Shown piece after piece: positions 29,545 to 37,164 of a stretch of DNA of 37,164 bases (positions are counted from its first letter, which is position 1; every line of letters starts with the position of its first letter). The DNA is from a virus (lineage: Duplodnaviria > Heunggongvirae > Uroviricota > Caudoviricetes). The position numbers were made by a program, and so were the translations under genes. The stretch lies in IMG/VR virus record IMGVR_UViG_2690315831_000002; one strand, written 5' to 3'. The notes under the pieces were generated by a model. It saw only the letters and a program-made list of their open reading frames with translations. It was not told the origin of the DNA and searched no databases.

Positions 29545-30633
29545 CTATTCGCTATAAGTTAATGTTGGTTTTGAAAGTCTTTTGGATATTGTTTTTCCGA
29601 TATTAATGAATGGAGTTTCAATATATTTATAAATAAAGAATGATAAGAACAAGCTAAGAGCAATAATGAATGAAAACTTAGAGAACCCAGGTTTTTCATA
29701 AAGCGGAATGAAATCCTTAAAATTAATTAAAAATAGCATTACTATCGCATGGGATAAATACAGAGAGTAAGAGATATCACCTAGCTTACTGAGTATTTTA
29801 TTTTCCCTTAATCCGAAGTTAACTTCATAAAGTAAAACTCCCGTAATTATGGAGGCTGCCCACAATCCGAAGTTTAAAGGGCCATGACCAAATCTGAATT
29901 GATAAAAATATGAGCAAACACCAAATGAAACCAAAAGGAATGATATCGCCTTTGCGTTTTTTATATATTTAAATTTTCTGTGTATTATATACAGAAACAT
30001 CCCATAAACGAATTCTAACAGCATGGGTGATGACATTAAGTTTAGAAAGCCAATATGCCAATGACCTGTATCACCAATCGTAAACTTACTTGATAGAGAA
30101 AGGCTGTTGGAAAATTTCAACTGTATGAGAAGTAGCGGGACTATCAATGCAATAACTGATATTAATAATCTGTTTTTATGACTCAGCGATATTGCAAGCA
30201 TAAAAATGAAATAAAAATAGACTTCAAAGGTTAATGTCCATGCTGGATAAAGCACGTTGTATCCGAAGAATGGCGCTTCTGAATAATAGTCCAGGTGAAG
30301 CAGAAACAATGAACGCAATAATTCACTTTCGGTGAAGACTGGGTTCAATAAAAAGAATAAGATTGTGCAAATGAAAAATACAGGGTAAATCCTGAAAAAA
30401 CGCCTGGTCATAAAGTTAATAGGGGAATTTGTTTCTTTTTTTTGACTCGATAACATTATTATAAATCCACTTATAATAAAAAACAGATCAACCCCAAAAC
30501 CACCACTAATAAACAATAAATCACCTAGATCTTTTTGTGCGTAAACTTCATTTAGGTATTGTTTATTGTGATATGCAACAACGAGTAATGCTGCTACACC
30601 TCGCAAATAGTGAATTGATTTTACCTTCTTCAT
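29545..30633 (-). CDS. Integral-membrane acyltransferase (Acyl_transf_3 family; OafA/Oac-like, probable O-antigen/surface glycan acetylase)
   Basis: 362 aa with ~10 hydrophobic segments. The N-terminal signature IHYLRGVAALLVVAYH and the DLFFIISGF motif are present. It is very low in GC. Confidence 0.8.
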   Translation of the reverse strand: MKKVKSIHYLRGVAALLVVAYHNKQYLNEVYAQKDLGDLLFISGGFGVDLFFIISGFIIMLSSQKKETNSPINFMTRRFFRIYPVFFICTILFFLLNPVFTESELLRSLFLLHLDYYSEAPFFGYNVLYPAWTLTFEVYFYFIFMLAISLSHKNRLLISVIALIVPLLLIQLKFSNSLSLSSKFTIGDTGHWHIGFLNLMSSPMLLEFVYGMFLYIIHRKFKYIKNAKAISFLLVSFGVCSYFYQFRFGHGPLNFGLWAASIITGVLLYEVNFGLRENKILSKLGDISYSLYLSHAIVMLFLINFKDFIPLYEKPGFSKFSFIIALSLFLSFFIYKYIETPFINIGKTISKRLSKPTLTYSE

Positions 30634-30843
30634 TTTTATATAATCACTGTTCCAATTTTTTTTATTTTACAAACAATTCTATCTAGCTCATTAGTACACA
30701 AAGTCAGATTGGTAGCAATAAAAAAACAAGATATGTGATGACATGGCGCGGGGCTCAGAACCACTCGTGTATTTTCGCCACTGGCTATGACTGGCTGCAC
30801 CTGCAAGATCTGCCATTTGTGTGCCAGTATACCCAAGCTCTGA

Positions 30844-31350
30844 CTTTATGTTTACCAGATCCTCTGGAGTGCCGGGGAGTATAATCGTTGATTAATCGAA
30901 TCTGCAACTATTTCAGAACGACCTAGGTTAAAGTGCGCTCTGCAGTCTCTTATATAAGGTGATACTTTAATTGTCTGGAAACTGGACAGGTTAGGAAGGA
31001 GCAGGAAACATCTTATTATACTTACCGAGTAGCTGCGGGTAAGGGGGGGGGGGTTCCGTAGCCTGACAGGTAACATTGACACGTCAACATCGATGGTTTT
31101 TTTTATTTTTCCATGTGATGGAGCCCTGGTTGAAATGAAGCGTGAACTGATTGATGACTGAACAAAAGTTGGACTGGAAGATGCTCGCGCACAGGGAGGA
31201 ATTGGTGGACGTCGTCCTAAACTTACATCAGAACAATGGGCGCAGGCCGGGCGATTAATTGCATCAAAAGTCCCGCGTCAGAAGGTGGCGATCATCTATG
31301 ATATTGGTGTATCGACTTTGTATAAGAGGTTTCCAGCCAGGATTATATAA
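30844..31350 (+). pseudogene. pin: Pin/Hin/Gin-family serine invertase pseudogene
   Basis: A single frame reads GDTLIVWKLDRLGRS...FRSLT.NIDTS...GALVEMKRELI...GGIGGRRPKLTSEQWAQAGRLIA...STLYKRFP. It carries in-frame stops at 30889 and at three later positions. About 20 N-terminal codons, including the catalytic Ser, are absent. A G11 run lies at 31043-31053. Confidence 0.8.
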
Positions 31351-31673
31351 AACTGCAGACACGCCGTATGCAAGACGTGCTGCGGTTGGCTGATGCACTT
31401 TCGAGAGTGTATGTATTGAATAATTTCCAACCGTCATTAATTTTATTTATTTTTTGCATGAGAGGATTTGAACCTCCGAGCCTCGACACCTTATGACAAC
31501 GCGATATTCCCTTGATGACCGCTATGCGCCAAAATAACCAATTGATAAATAAGTTGATTTTAATTAGTTGGAAGCAAGTCAGGTCAAATTCAGCATGCCG
31601 CTCTCTGTATCGGGTAGTTAAATTTTTCTATAACTGATAGTAATATGTTAAAACTCACACAGATAAATTATCA

Positions 31674-33656
31674 TTGCTCAACAAGTATAATGGAGTTCCC
31701 GTGGATACAGCAGAACATGATGGCAAATTTGCTTGGGCTAGTTTTTATGAGGCTTTTGCCAACGCGTTACTGACTTGGCGAAATCGTAGAGATGAATTAG
31801 TCAAAGGTATTCATCTAATTGCCTCAGGTGTGGAAGGAATGTCCCATCTGCAGGACAAATCTATTATGGGAGAGATCTTTCCCTTAAAAGACATTTGTCC
31901 GTTTACTACTATGGGCTTGTTCAATCGTAACTTGACCGACAGCAATCGCAAAATTATTGCTGCCAAGCTAGCGAATTTGTTGGGCGTGAACGAACCGATT
32001 CCTGACTCCTTTGCCGGAATCCCGCTGTTGAATAACCAAAAATCTTGGTTCTTTGGTTATGAAAAGTCACGCGACCCTAATGACATTGAATGCTTGTGGG
32101 AAATGTTCTCGCAGGCAATGACCTTTGCGGATAACCAGAATACTAACTCTGCAGACTTCACTGCCGCATATGACATCGCTTCTACAGTAATGAATGTCGG
32201 TTGGAATCTCACCATGGGGTTGTACTGGACCCGTCCTTGGTTCTACCCTACTTTAGATAGCCAGTCGCAGTATTACATTCAGACAGTGTTAAACATTAAG
32301 ATCATTAAAAACGGGGCAAAAGGTCGCTGTAGTGGACAAAGTTACCTGAGTCTTATGCGGGCGCTGAACGAGGTCTTTACCCAACCAAACTATCCGGTTC
32401 ATTCTTTCCCAGAACTTTCTTTATCAGCGTGGAATACAGATCTTAGCCAGTCTAAAGATGAGGTGGCAAATAGAACGTGGAAAGCCTCTTTACTGAATAA
32501 AATTAAGGCGTTATGCCTGAAAAAAAATGGCCCTTATTTCACTGCTTCGGAGTTGGAAGAAAACTACTTGGACGTATTCAAGGTAGAGCATCCTGAGAGC
32601 AAAACAGTTACAAGCTCAATCTACTTTTATCTACAGAAACTATGCAATGATGATGAGTTAAAGTCCCTTGAGTCCGGAAATTATGAATACCTGAATTTTG
32701 AGAAAAACGAATCCCAGACGATAACTGAGGAAACTGTCGAAGAGAGTGCGCCGTTGCCAAAACTCACTCACGTTCCTTATGACATCAGTCATCTGGTGCA
32801 GGATGGCTGTTTCTTGGAAGAGGCTAAGATCCAACTCACACTTCAGCGCCTGATCGACAAGAAAAACCTGATATTACAAGGACCACCCGGAACTGGAAAA
32901 ACCTGGTTAGCGCGACGTTTGGCGTACTGCTTGATGGGAGAAAAAGCACCTGAGCGTATTAGCGCGGTGCAATTTCACCCGAACCTCTCTTACGAAGACT
33001 TTATTCGCGGCTGGCGTCCAGGTAAAGAAGGGCAATTGACGCTAATTGATGGACCTTTTGTAAATGCAATCAAAACTGCAGTCAATAATCCTACCTCGAA
33101 ATATGTGGTGATAATTGAAGAGATTAATCGTGGCAATCCGGCGCAAATCTTCGGTGAAACACTCACGTTGATGGAAGCAGATAAACGCACGCCGACTGAG
33201 GCATTATCTCTTTCCTATCCTAAAAATGATGATGAAAAAATATACATTCCTGAGAATCTATATATCATCGGTACGATGAATATTGCAGACCGCTCACTCG
33301 CACTACTTGACCTAGCGCTGCGCCGTCGTTTCGCGTTTATCGATCTAAAGCCAGCTTTTAATGACGCGTGGAGAAACTGGGTAAATTATAATTACGCAAT
33401 TGATTTTGACATGTTAGCATTCATCAAATCTCGACTGACGGTACTTAACGATATGCTGGCAAAAGATGTTACCTTAGGACCACAGTTTTGTATCGGTCAC
33501 AGCTATGTCACCCCAGCTATCGGCCAAAAAATCAACGATGCCCAGGCTTGGTATGAACAAGTCGTTGATACAGAGATCTGCCCTTTGCTCGCCGAATATT
33601 GGTTCGATGCTCCAAATAAAGTCGATGAAGCCAGAAAAGTGTTATTAGCAAAATGA
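31674..33656 (+). CDS. McrB-family AAA+ GTPase subunit of a type IV (modification-dependent) restriction system, with a ~390-aa unassigned N-terminal domain
   Basis: Motifs are Walker A LQGPPGTGKTW, the McrB signature VVIIEEINRGNPAQIFGE (compare EcoKMcrB DEINRANLSKVFGE) and IIGTMNIADRSLALLDLALRRRFAF. The start is TTG 31674 or, more likely, GTG 31701, which is preceded by GGAG at a 5-nt spacing. Confidence 0.85.
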   Translation: MLNKYNGVPVDTAEHDGKFAWASFYEAFANALLTWRNRRDELVKGIHLIASGVEGMSHLQDKSIMGEIFPLKDICPFTTMGLFNRNLTDSNRKIIAAKLANLLGVNEPIPDSFAGIPLLNNQKSWFFGYEKSRDPNDIECLWEMFSQAMTFADNQNTNSADFTAAYDIASTVMNVGWNLTMGLYWTRPWFYPTLDSQSQYYIQTVLNIKIIKNGAKGRCSGQSYLSLMRALNEVFTQPNYPVHSFPELSLSAWNTDLSQSKDEVANRTWKASLLNKIKALCLKKNGPYFTASELEENYLDVFKVEHPESKTVTSSIYFYLQKLCNDDELKSLESGNYEYLNFEKNESQTITEETVEESAPLPKLTHVPYDISHLVQDGCFLEEAKIQLTLQRLIDKKNLILQGPPGTGKTWLARRLAYCLMGEKAPERISAVQFHPNLSYEDFIRGWRPGKEGQLTLIDGPFVNAIKTAVNNPTSKYVVIIEEINRGNPAQIFGETLTLMEADKRTPTEALSLSYPKNDDEKIYIPENLYIIGTMNIADRSLALLDLALRRRFAFIDLKPAFNDAWRNWVNYNYAIDFDMLAFIKSRLTVLNDMLAKDVTLGPQFCIGHSYVTPAIGQKINDAQAWYEQVVDTEICPLLAEYWFDAPNKVDEARKVLLAK

Positions 33657-34774
33657 CGACAATAACCGGGAGTGAGCAACATACAGCATCACGTATTCCC
33701 ATGCGAAATATCTGGATGCTGATGCTGTACGCTTCAGATCTGTTTCGTCAGTTAGGGCGCAATCAGATCGCAGTAGAAGATAACCCAGCAGAAATCCCCG
33801 ACCTGGTGGCGACAATCCTCCTTCATGAGATTACGCTGCGCCGACGTCGCAATTTAAATATGGGATACCAAACTTGTCATGCGGCCCTGAACCGGGTGAG
33901 AGGGCGCATTGACATACTGTATACTGCCAGTCATCAACTACTGGAACGGGGACAGGTTGCCTGCCATTTTCAAGACATAACCCTCAACACCCCCCGAAAT
34001 CGCTATGTTCGCTGTGCGTTAGAACGTCTGGCCTCAATCATAGTGAAACCGTCTTTGGCGGCAGATTGCCATTTTATGGCAATATCACTTCGCCGTGAGG
34101 GGATAAATGGAGGATATCCTGCCCCCCACGAATTACCCTCAGTGTGGCGTTTTGGACGCCATGATGCCGCAGATAAACCGATGGTCGATGCCGCACGATT
34201 AGCTTTTGAACTGCTGATGCCGACCGAAGATCAAGGCCAATATCTTTTACCTGCGCCCTCAAATAACCTTTACTGGATGAGAAGACTATTTGAAAAAGGT
34301 ATCGCTGGCTTATATCGTGTACACCTTGCCAAAACAACTTGGCAGGTCTCTGCAGGGAAAGAGCTGAAATGGGCGTTGAGCGATCAAAGTGCAGGTAGTG
34401 CAGAGATTTTCCCGACAATGAAGTCAGACATTATTCTGGAACACAAGACTGCCCAGCGGCGTATTATTATCGATACCAAATTTAATTCGATTCTGACAAA
34501 GGGTTGGCATCGGGAGCAATCACTACGTAATGGCTATATTTATCAGCTATATACCTACCTTAGAACACAGGAGAACAAGACGGATCCGCTTTCGCTCAAT
34601 GCCGCTGGTCTTCTACTTCATCCAGCTGTTGGCTATATGCTTAATGAGTATGTTGTCACTCAGGGACATAAGATCCATTTTGCTACAGTAGATATGACGG
34701 TAGATGCTAAAGCAATTAAAAAACAATTGCTGGCAATAGCCCATGATTGTGCAGGAGTCGCGGTTGATGACTAA
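33653..34774 (+). CDS. McrC-family nuclease subunit (PD-(D/E)xK)
   Basis: 373 aa with a 4-nt overlap with the McrB-like gene. The C-terminal motif SDIILEHK...RIIIDTKFN fits the McrC D...(D/E)xK catalytic core. Confidence 0.8.
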   Translation: MTTITGSEQHTASRIPMRNIWMLMLYASDLFRQLGRNQIAVEDNPAEIPDLVATILLHEITLRRRRNLNMGYQTCHAALNRVRGRIDILYTASHQLLERGQVACHFQDITLNTPRNRYVRCALERLASIIVKPSLAADCHFMAISLRREGINGGYPAPHELPSVWRFGRHDAADKPMVDAARLAFELLMPTEDQGQYLLPAPSNNLYWMRRLFEKGIAGLYRVHLAKTTWQVSAGKELKWALSDQSAGSAEIFPTMKSDIILEHKTAQRRIIIDTKFNSILTKGWHREQSLRNGYIYQLYTYLRTQENKTDPLSLNAAGLLLHPAVGYMLNEYVVTQGHKIHFATVDMTVDAKAIKKQLLAIAHDCAGVAVDD

Positions 34775-35253
34775 CCATCCTATAAGGCACTGGCTGTAAT
34801 ATAATCATTAGTTTCAATTAAGTAGCTGTTATCCGTGCTTAGTCATCATATGACGCACCACGGTCTAATTTTCCTGCTCATACATTGATATATCCTTGTC
34901 GAGCCCGGAAAGTCGCAGTCCACTATTAGGTATACCGATTGCCAGCACCAAAAGCTTCTTTGTAATTATTATATCGGGGAATGCCTATTTTTTAGTGACA
35001 ATATCAGATAGCAAATAATAAGCGGTGCCGGTAATGGATGTTATGTTTAATGTATAGACACAGCCATCATAAAATAAACGTCTGTTGTTCGCTCATAACC
35101 GACATTTATCTCAGTTATGGAAGATAATTATGTATGCAGATAATGGGGCAGACAGTCGTGGAGTAAACAAGGTTTTGCACTGCTTGGCGGCATCGTTATC
35201 TTATTTTTAATTATGTGCCTCTTAACATAAGTTGGGACAAAACAGAGACACAT

Positions 35254-35285
35254 AAGGTCTCACAAAGGTCTGCAAGGCCTCACAT
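35254..35285 (+). repeat. Three tandem 10-11-bp direct repeats (AAGGTCTCACA / AAGGTCTGCA / AAGGCCTCACA)
   Basis: Read directly from the sequence. They lie ~190-220 bp phage-side of the icd junction in AT-rich non-coding DNA. Confidence 0.6.
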
Positions 35286-35473
35286 GTATTGAGGTGTTAA
35301 TAAAATGTAGACTTGTAATTTGGATATAAATGGTAGAGAAAACCTTTCCCCAAAATAAAAACGAACGTCAATGAAATCAAACGGTTGAATAAAGTTGATT
35401 TTGGCTAATAAAAAAACAATAAAATAATTTTTATCATTAAATATCAATGACTTGAACTTAATGTTTTTATATA

Positions 35474-35638
35474 CTGTTACGCCATATGGGCTGGACTGAA
35501 GCCGCAGACCTGATTGTTAAAGGTATGGAAGGCGCAATCAATGCGAAGACCGTAACCTATGACTTCGAGCGTCTGATGGAAGGCGCTAAACTGCTGAAAT
35601 GTTCAGAATTTGGTGATGCGATCATCAAGAACATGTAA
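35474..35638 (+). pseudogene. icd: Displaced 3' end of isocitrate dehydrogenase gene icd (attR side)
   Basis: It translates as [54 protein letters not shown], the Icd C-terminus. There is no upstream icd sequence, and unrelated AT-rich DNA precedes it. Confidence 0.9.
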
Positions 35639-35661
35639 TCACTACATGTGTTTAATATTGC

Positions 35662-35690
35662 AACGGGCGTATAACACGCCCGTTGTTTTA
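35662..35690 (+). terminator. icd rho-independent terminator
   Basis: AACGGGCGT-ataac-ACGCCCGTT is followed by GTTTTA. Confidence 0.8.
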
Positions 35691-35740
35691 TTTATGTAGG
35701 TATTATTAATAGCATATCGAGCATATTTATATAAAACCCT

Positions 35741-36064
35741 TTACTTGAGCCCATATGGGCATATTTTTATAATGCAACTATTATGCAAACATTTATTTGT
35801 TATTTTGCTTTCTCCTGGAGGACACTCTTGACTGCTTTTGAGTAGACTCCATAAATCCTTGTTGAATGGTGCGATGTTATAAATAGTAATAGGATATTCT
35901 TTATCTTTAAGGATAATTCCAGATTTAACCGGTGTAAATATACTGCCAGGAGGGAGAAATATAGTAGATTGATACCAGATGATCATTTTCATATTACCCC
36001 ATATGGCTGAAAAAGATATGCCGCATGAAGGTTGAATTATCGTGTCAATTACTATCCACTTCAT
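35741..36064 (-). CDS. iraM: Anti-adaptor protein IraM (RssB inhibitor)
   Basis: 107 aa ([60 protein letters not shown]...), recognised as E. coli IraM (YcgW). It is in the expected position after the icd remnant. Confidence 0.85.
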   Translation of the reverse strand: MKWIVIDTIIQPSCGISFSAIWGNMKMIIWYQSTIFLPPGSIFTPVKSGIILKDKEYPITIYNIAPFNKDLWSLLKSSQECPPGESKITNKCLHNSCIIKICPYGLK

Positions 36065-36501
36065 TTGTTATGTCTTATCCCACGGTATTTAATATAGTTC
36101 ATTTGGATGTTCATTTCTTTATTTTGCATATGAGTATATTACCCCTTCAAAAAATAAATTAATTAAAACGATTGCTTATATAAAACAAAATTTAAAGCAA
36201 GGAATCTCAATGGATGTTAAACAAAATGAGATTTAGTGAAAACAATAAATTATTCACTTCGTTTTAGATTTGTTTAGCTATAATGTTATACATTCAAATG
36301 ACTGAACATCCTGTAATTAAAACATAGCCTTTATGCTACTTTGTGCCAATTTGCTAAACATTATGGTTGCCTTTTTATATAACGATAATAATGAATATAA
36401 GCATGACATGAGAATAAGGTTTCAATTTTTGAGTTATATAGGAAAGGTTTAACCTGTTCCTGGCTAAAATACATATAACTGGATGATGACTAAACCAAAA
36501 C

Positions 36502-36549
36502 ACATGTGCGTTAAGTATTGAAACGGGCGTATGGCACACCCGTTGTTTT
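36502..36549 (+). repeat. Second, diverged copy of the icd-downstream segment including the terminator hairpin
   Basis: ACATGTGCGTTAAGTATTGAAACGGGCGTATGGCACACCCGTTGTTTT versus 35644-35689 ACATGTGTTTAATATTGCAACGGGCGTATAACACGCCCGTTGTTTT, about 85% identical by eye. Confidence 0.65.
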
Positions 36550-36759
36550 TATAAATATATTAACCGTTATAAAATAACGTATAGAAAGTCAAGTGATCAC
36601 ATTTCAAATATCAATTTGATAGTATTGGCATGGTGATTATTTATGGGTAGCAATAAAAGGACAGTATTTATCATCCATAGGGATAGTCTCTGTACTTTTA
36701 TTCCCATTATGCTAATGCCTTACTGAATTATGAAGCATTTCTTAAGCATCCAACTTTAG

Positions 36760-37164
36760 CTAGATTAATGGTTTATTATTTTCTACATCTTCAATATATA
36801 AAAGCGTATTATCAATGGCGTAGTAACTGCGTTTGTTATGATTAACATCAGTAACCCACCGGAAAACGCCCGCGCCTGCTAGTGTTGAACAGTATTCCCG
36901 AAATGTAGATTTTCCGCAAATATGAAGCAATGCGGCCTCTTTTATTTTAGCAGGGTTCTTGGTCGTACTAACTTTTAACAGGTTCCTGGTTCCTCTTAAT
37001 AACAAAACCGTGTCATCGTGAGTAATAATTCTGATGTTATCCGTAGCCAGATAATAAATGTAATGTGCAATACGGTGATGTTTTAATTCTGAATAAAACC
37101 AGGAGAAGTTTTGCTCTTTTCTCACTTGCTCAAACATCTTTTGAAAAACAACGACCTGATCCAT
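36760..37164 (-). CDS. ycgX: YcgX (DUF1398) protein
   Basis: 134 aa with its ATG at the window edge. MDQVVVFQKMFEQVRKEQNFSWFYSELKHHRIAHYIYYLATDN... is recognised as E. coli YcgX. Confidence 0.8.
   Translation of the reverse strand: MDQVVVFQKMFEQVRKEQNFSWFYSELKHHRIAHYIYYLATDNIRIITHDDTVLLLRGTRNLLKVSTTKNPAKIKEAALLHICGKSTFREYCSTLAGAGVFRWVTDVNHNKRSYYAIDNTLLYIEDVENNKPLI

Noticed and set aside
30636-31082. Track ORFs 30636-30836 (-) and 30852-31082 (-) as genes
   Set aside because: The first is better explained as a short remnant plus the AT-rich promoter region of the acyltransferase. The second is antisense to the recognisable pin pseudogene frame.

Overview
The window holds one nearly complete but defective lambdoid prophage (about 1-35486) in an Escherichia/Shigella-type chromosome, integrated at the 3' end of icd, the site used by phage 21 and e14. 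The integrase sits at the left edge. A displaced icd 3' fragment with its terminator lies at 35474-35690, and chromosomal iraM and ycgX follow.

Gene order: int-xis, small early-left genes, exo-bet-gam, OL/pL, cI, OR, cro, a cII-position gene, O (with ori iterons), P, a DLP12-type nin region (ybcN-ninE-ybcO-rusA-ylcG), a Q-like gene, holin-R-Rz/Rz1, bor, cos, nu1-A-W-B-C-D. After D the element is broken. The first 48 codons of capsid gene E are fused in frame to a lom-family gene, so the rest of E and every tail gene are missing. A frameshifted side tail fibre follows, then a tfa remnant and a dead pin invertase.

Low-GC cargo sits in the classical moron slots:
- A 535-aa SIR2-family protein in the rexAB position, between OL and cI.
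- A tightly coupled PRTase-like + NADAR (DUF1768) pair and a small Rx4H HEPN protein, replacing ren/ninA.
- A DUF3800-like gene lying antisense between Q and the lysis cassette.
- An Acyl_transf_3 membrane acyltransferase inside a decayed invertible fibre region.
- A McrBC-type GTP-dependent restriction pair next to attR.

The best candidates for an undescribed system are the PRTase-like/NADAR operon and the compact SIR2 protein. No rRNA, tRNA or CRISPR array was found. All homology calls come from my own recognition of translated sequences and motifs, not from computed alignments.
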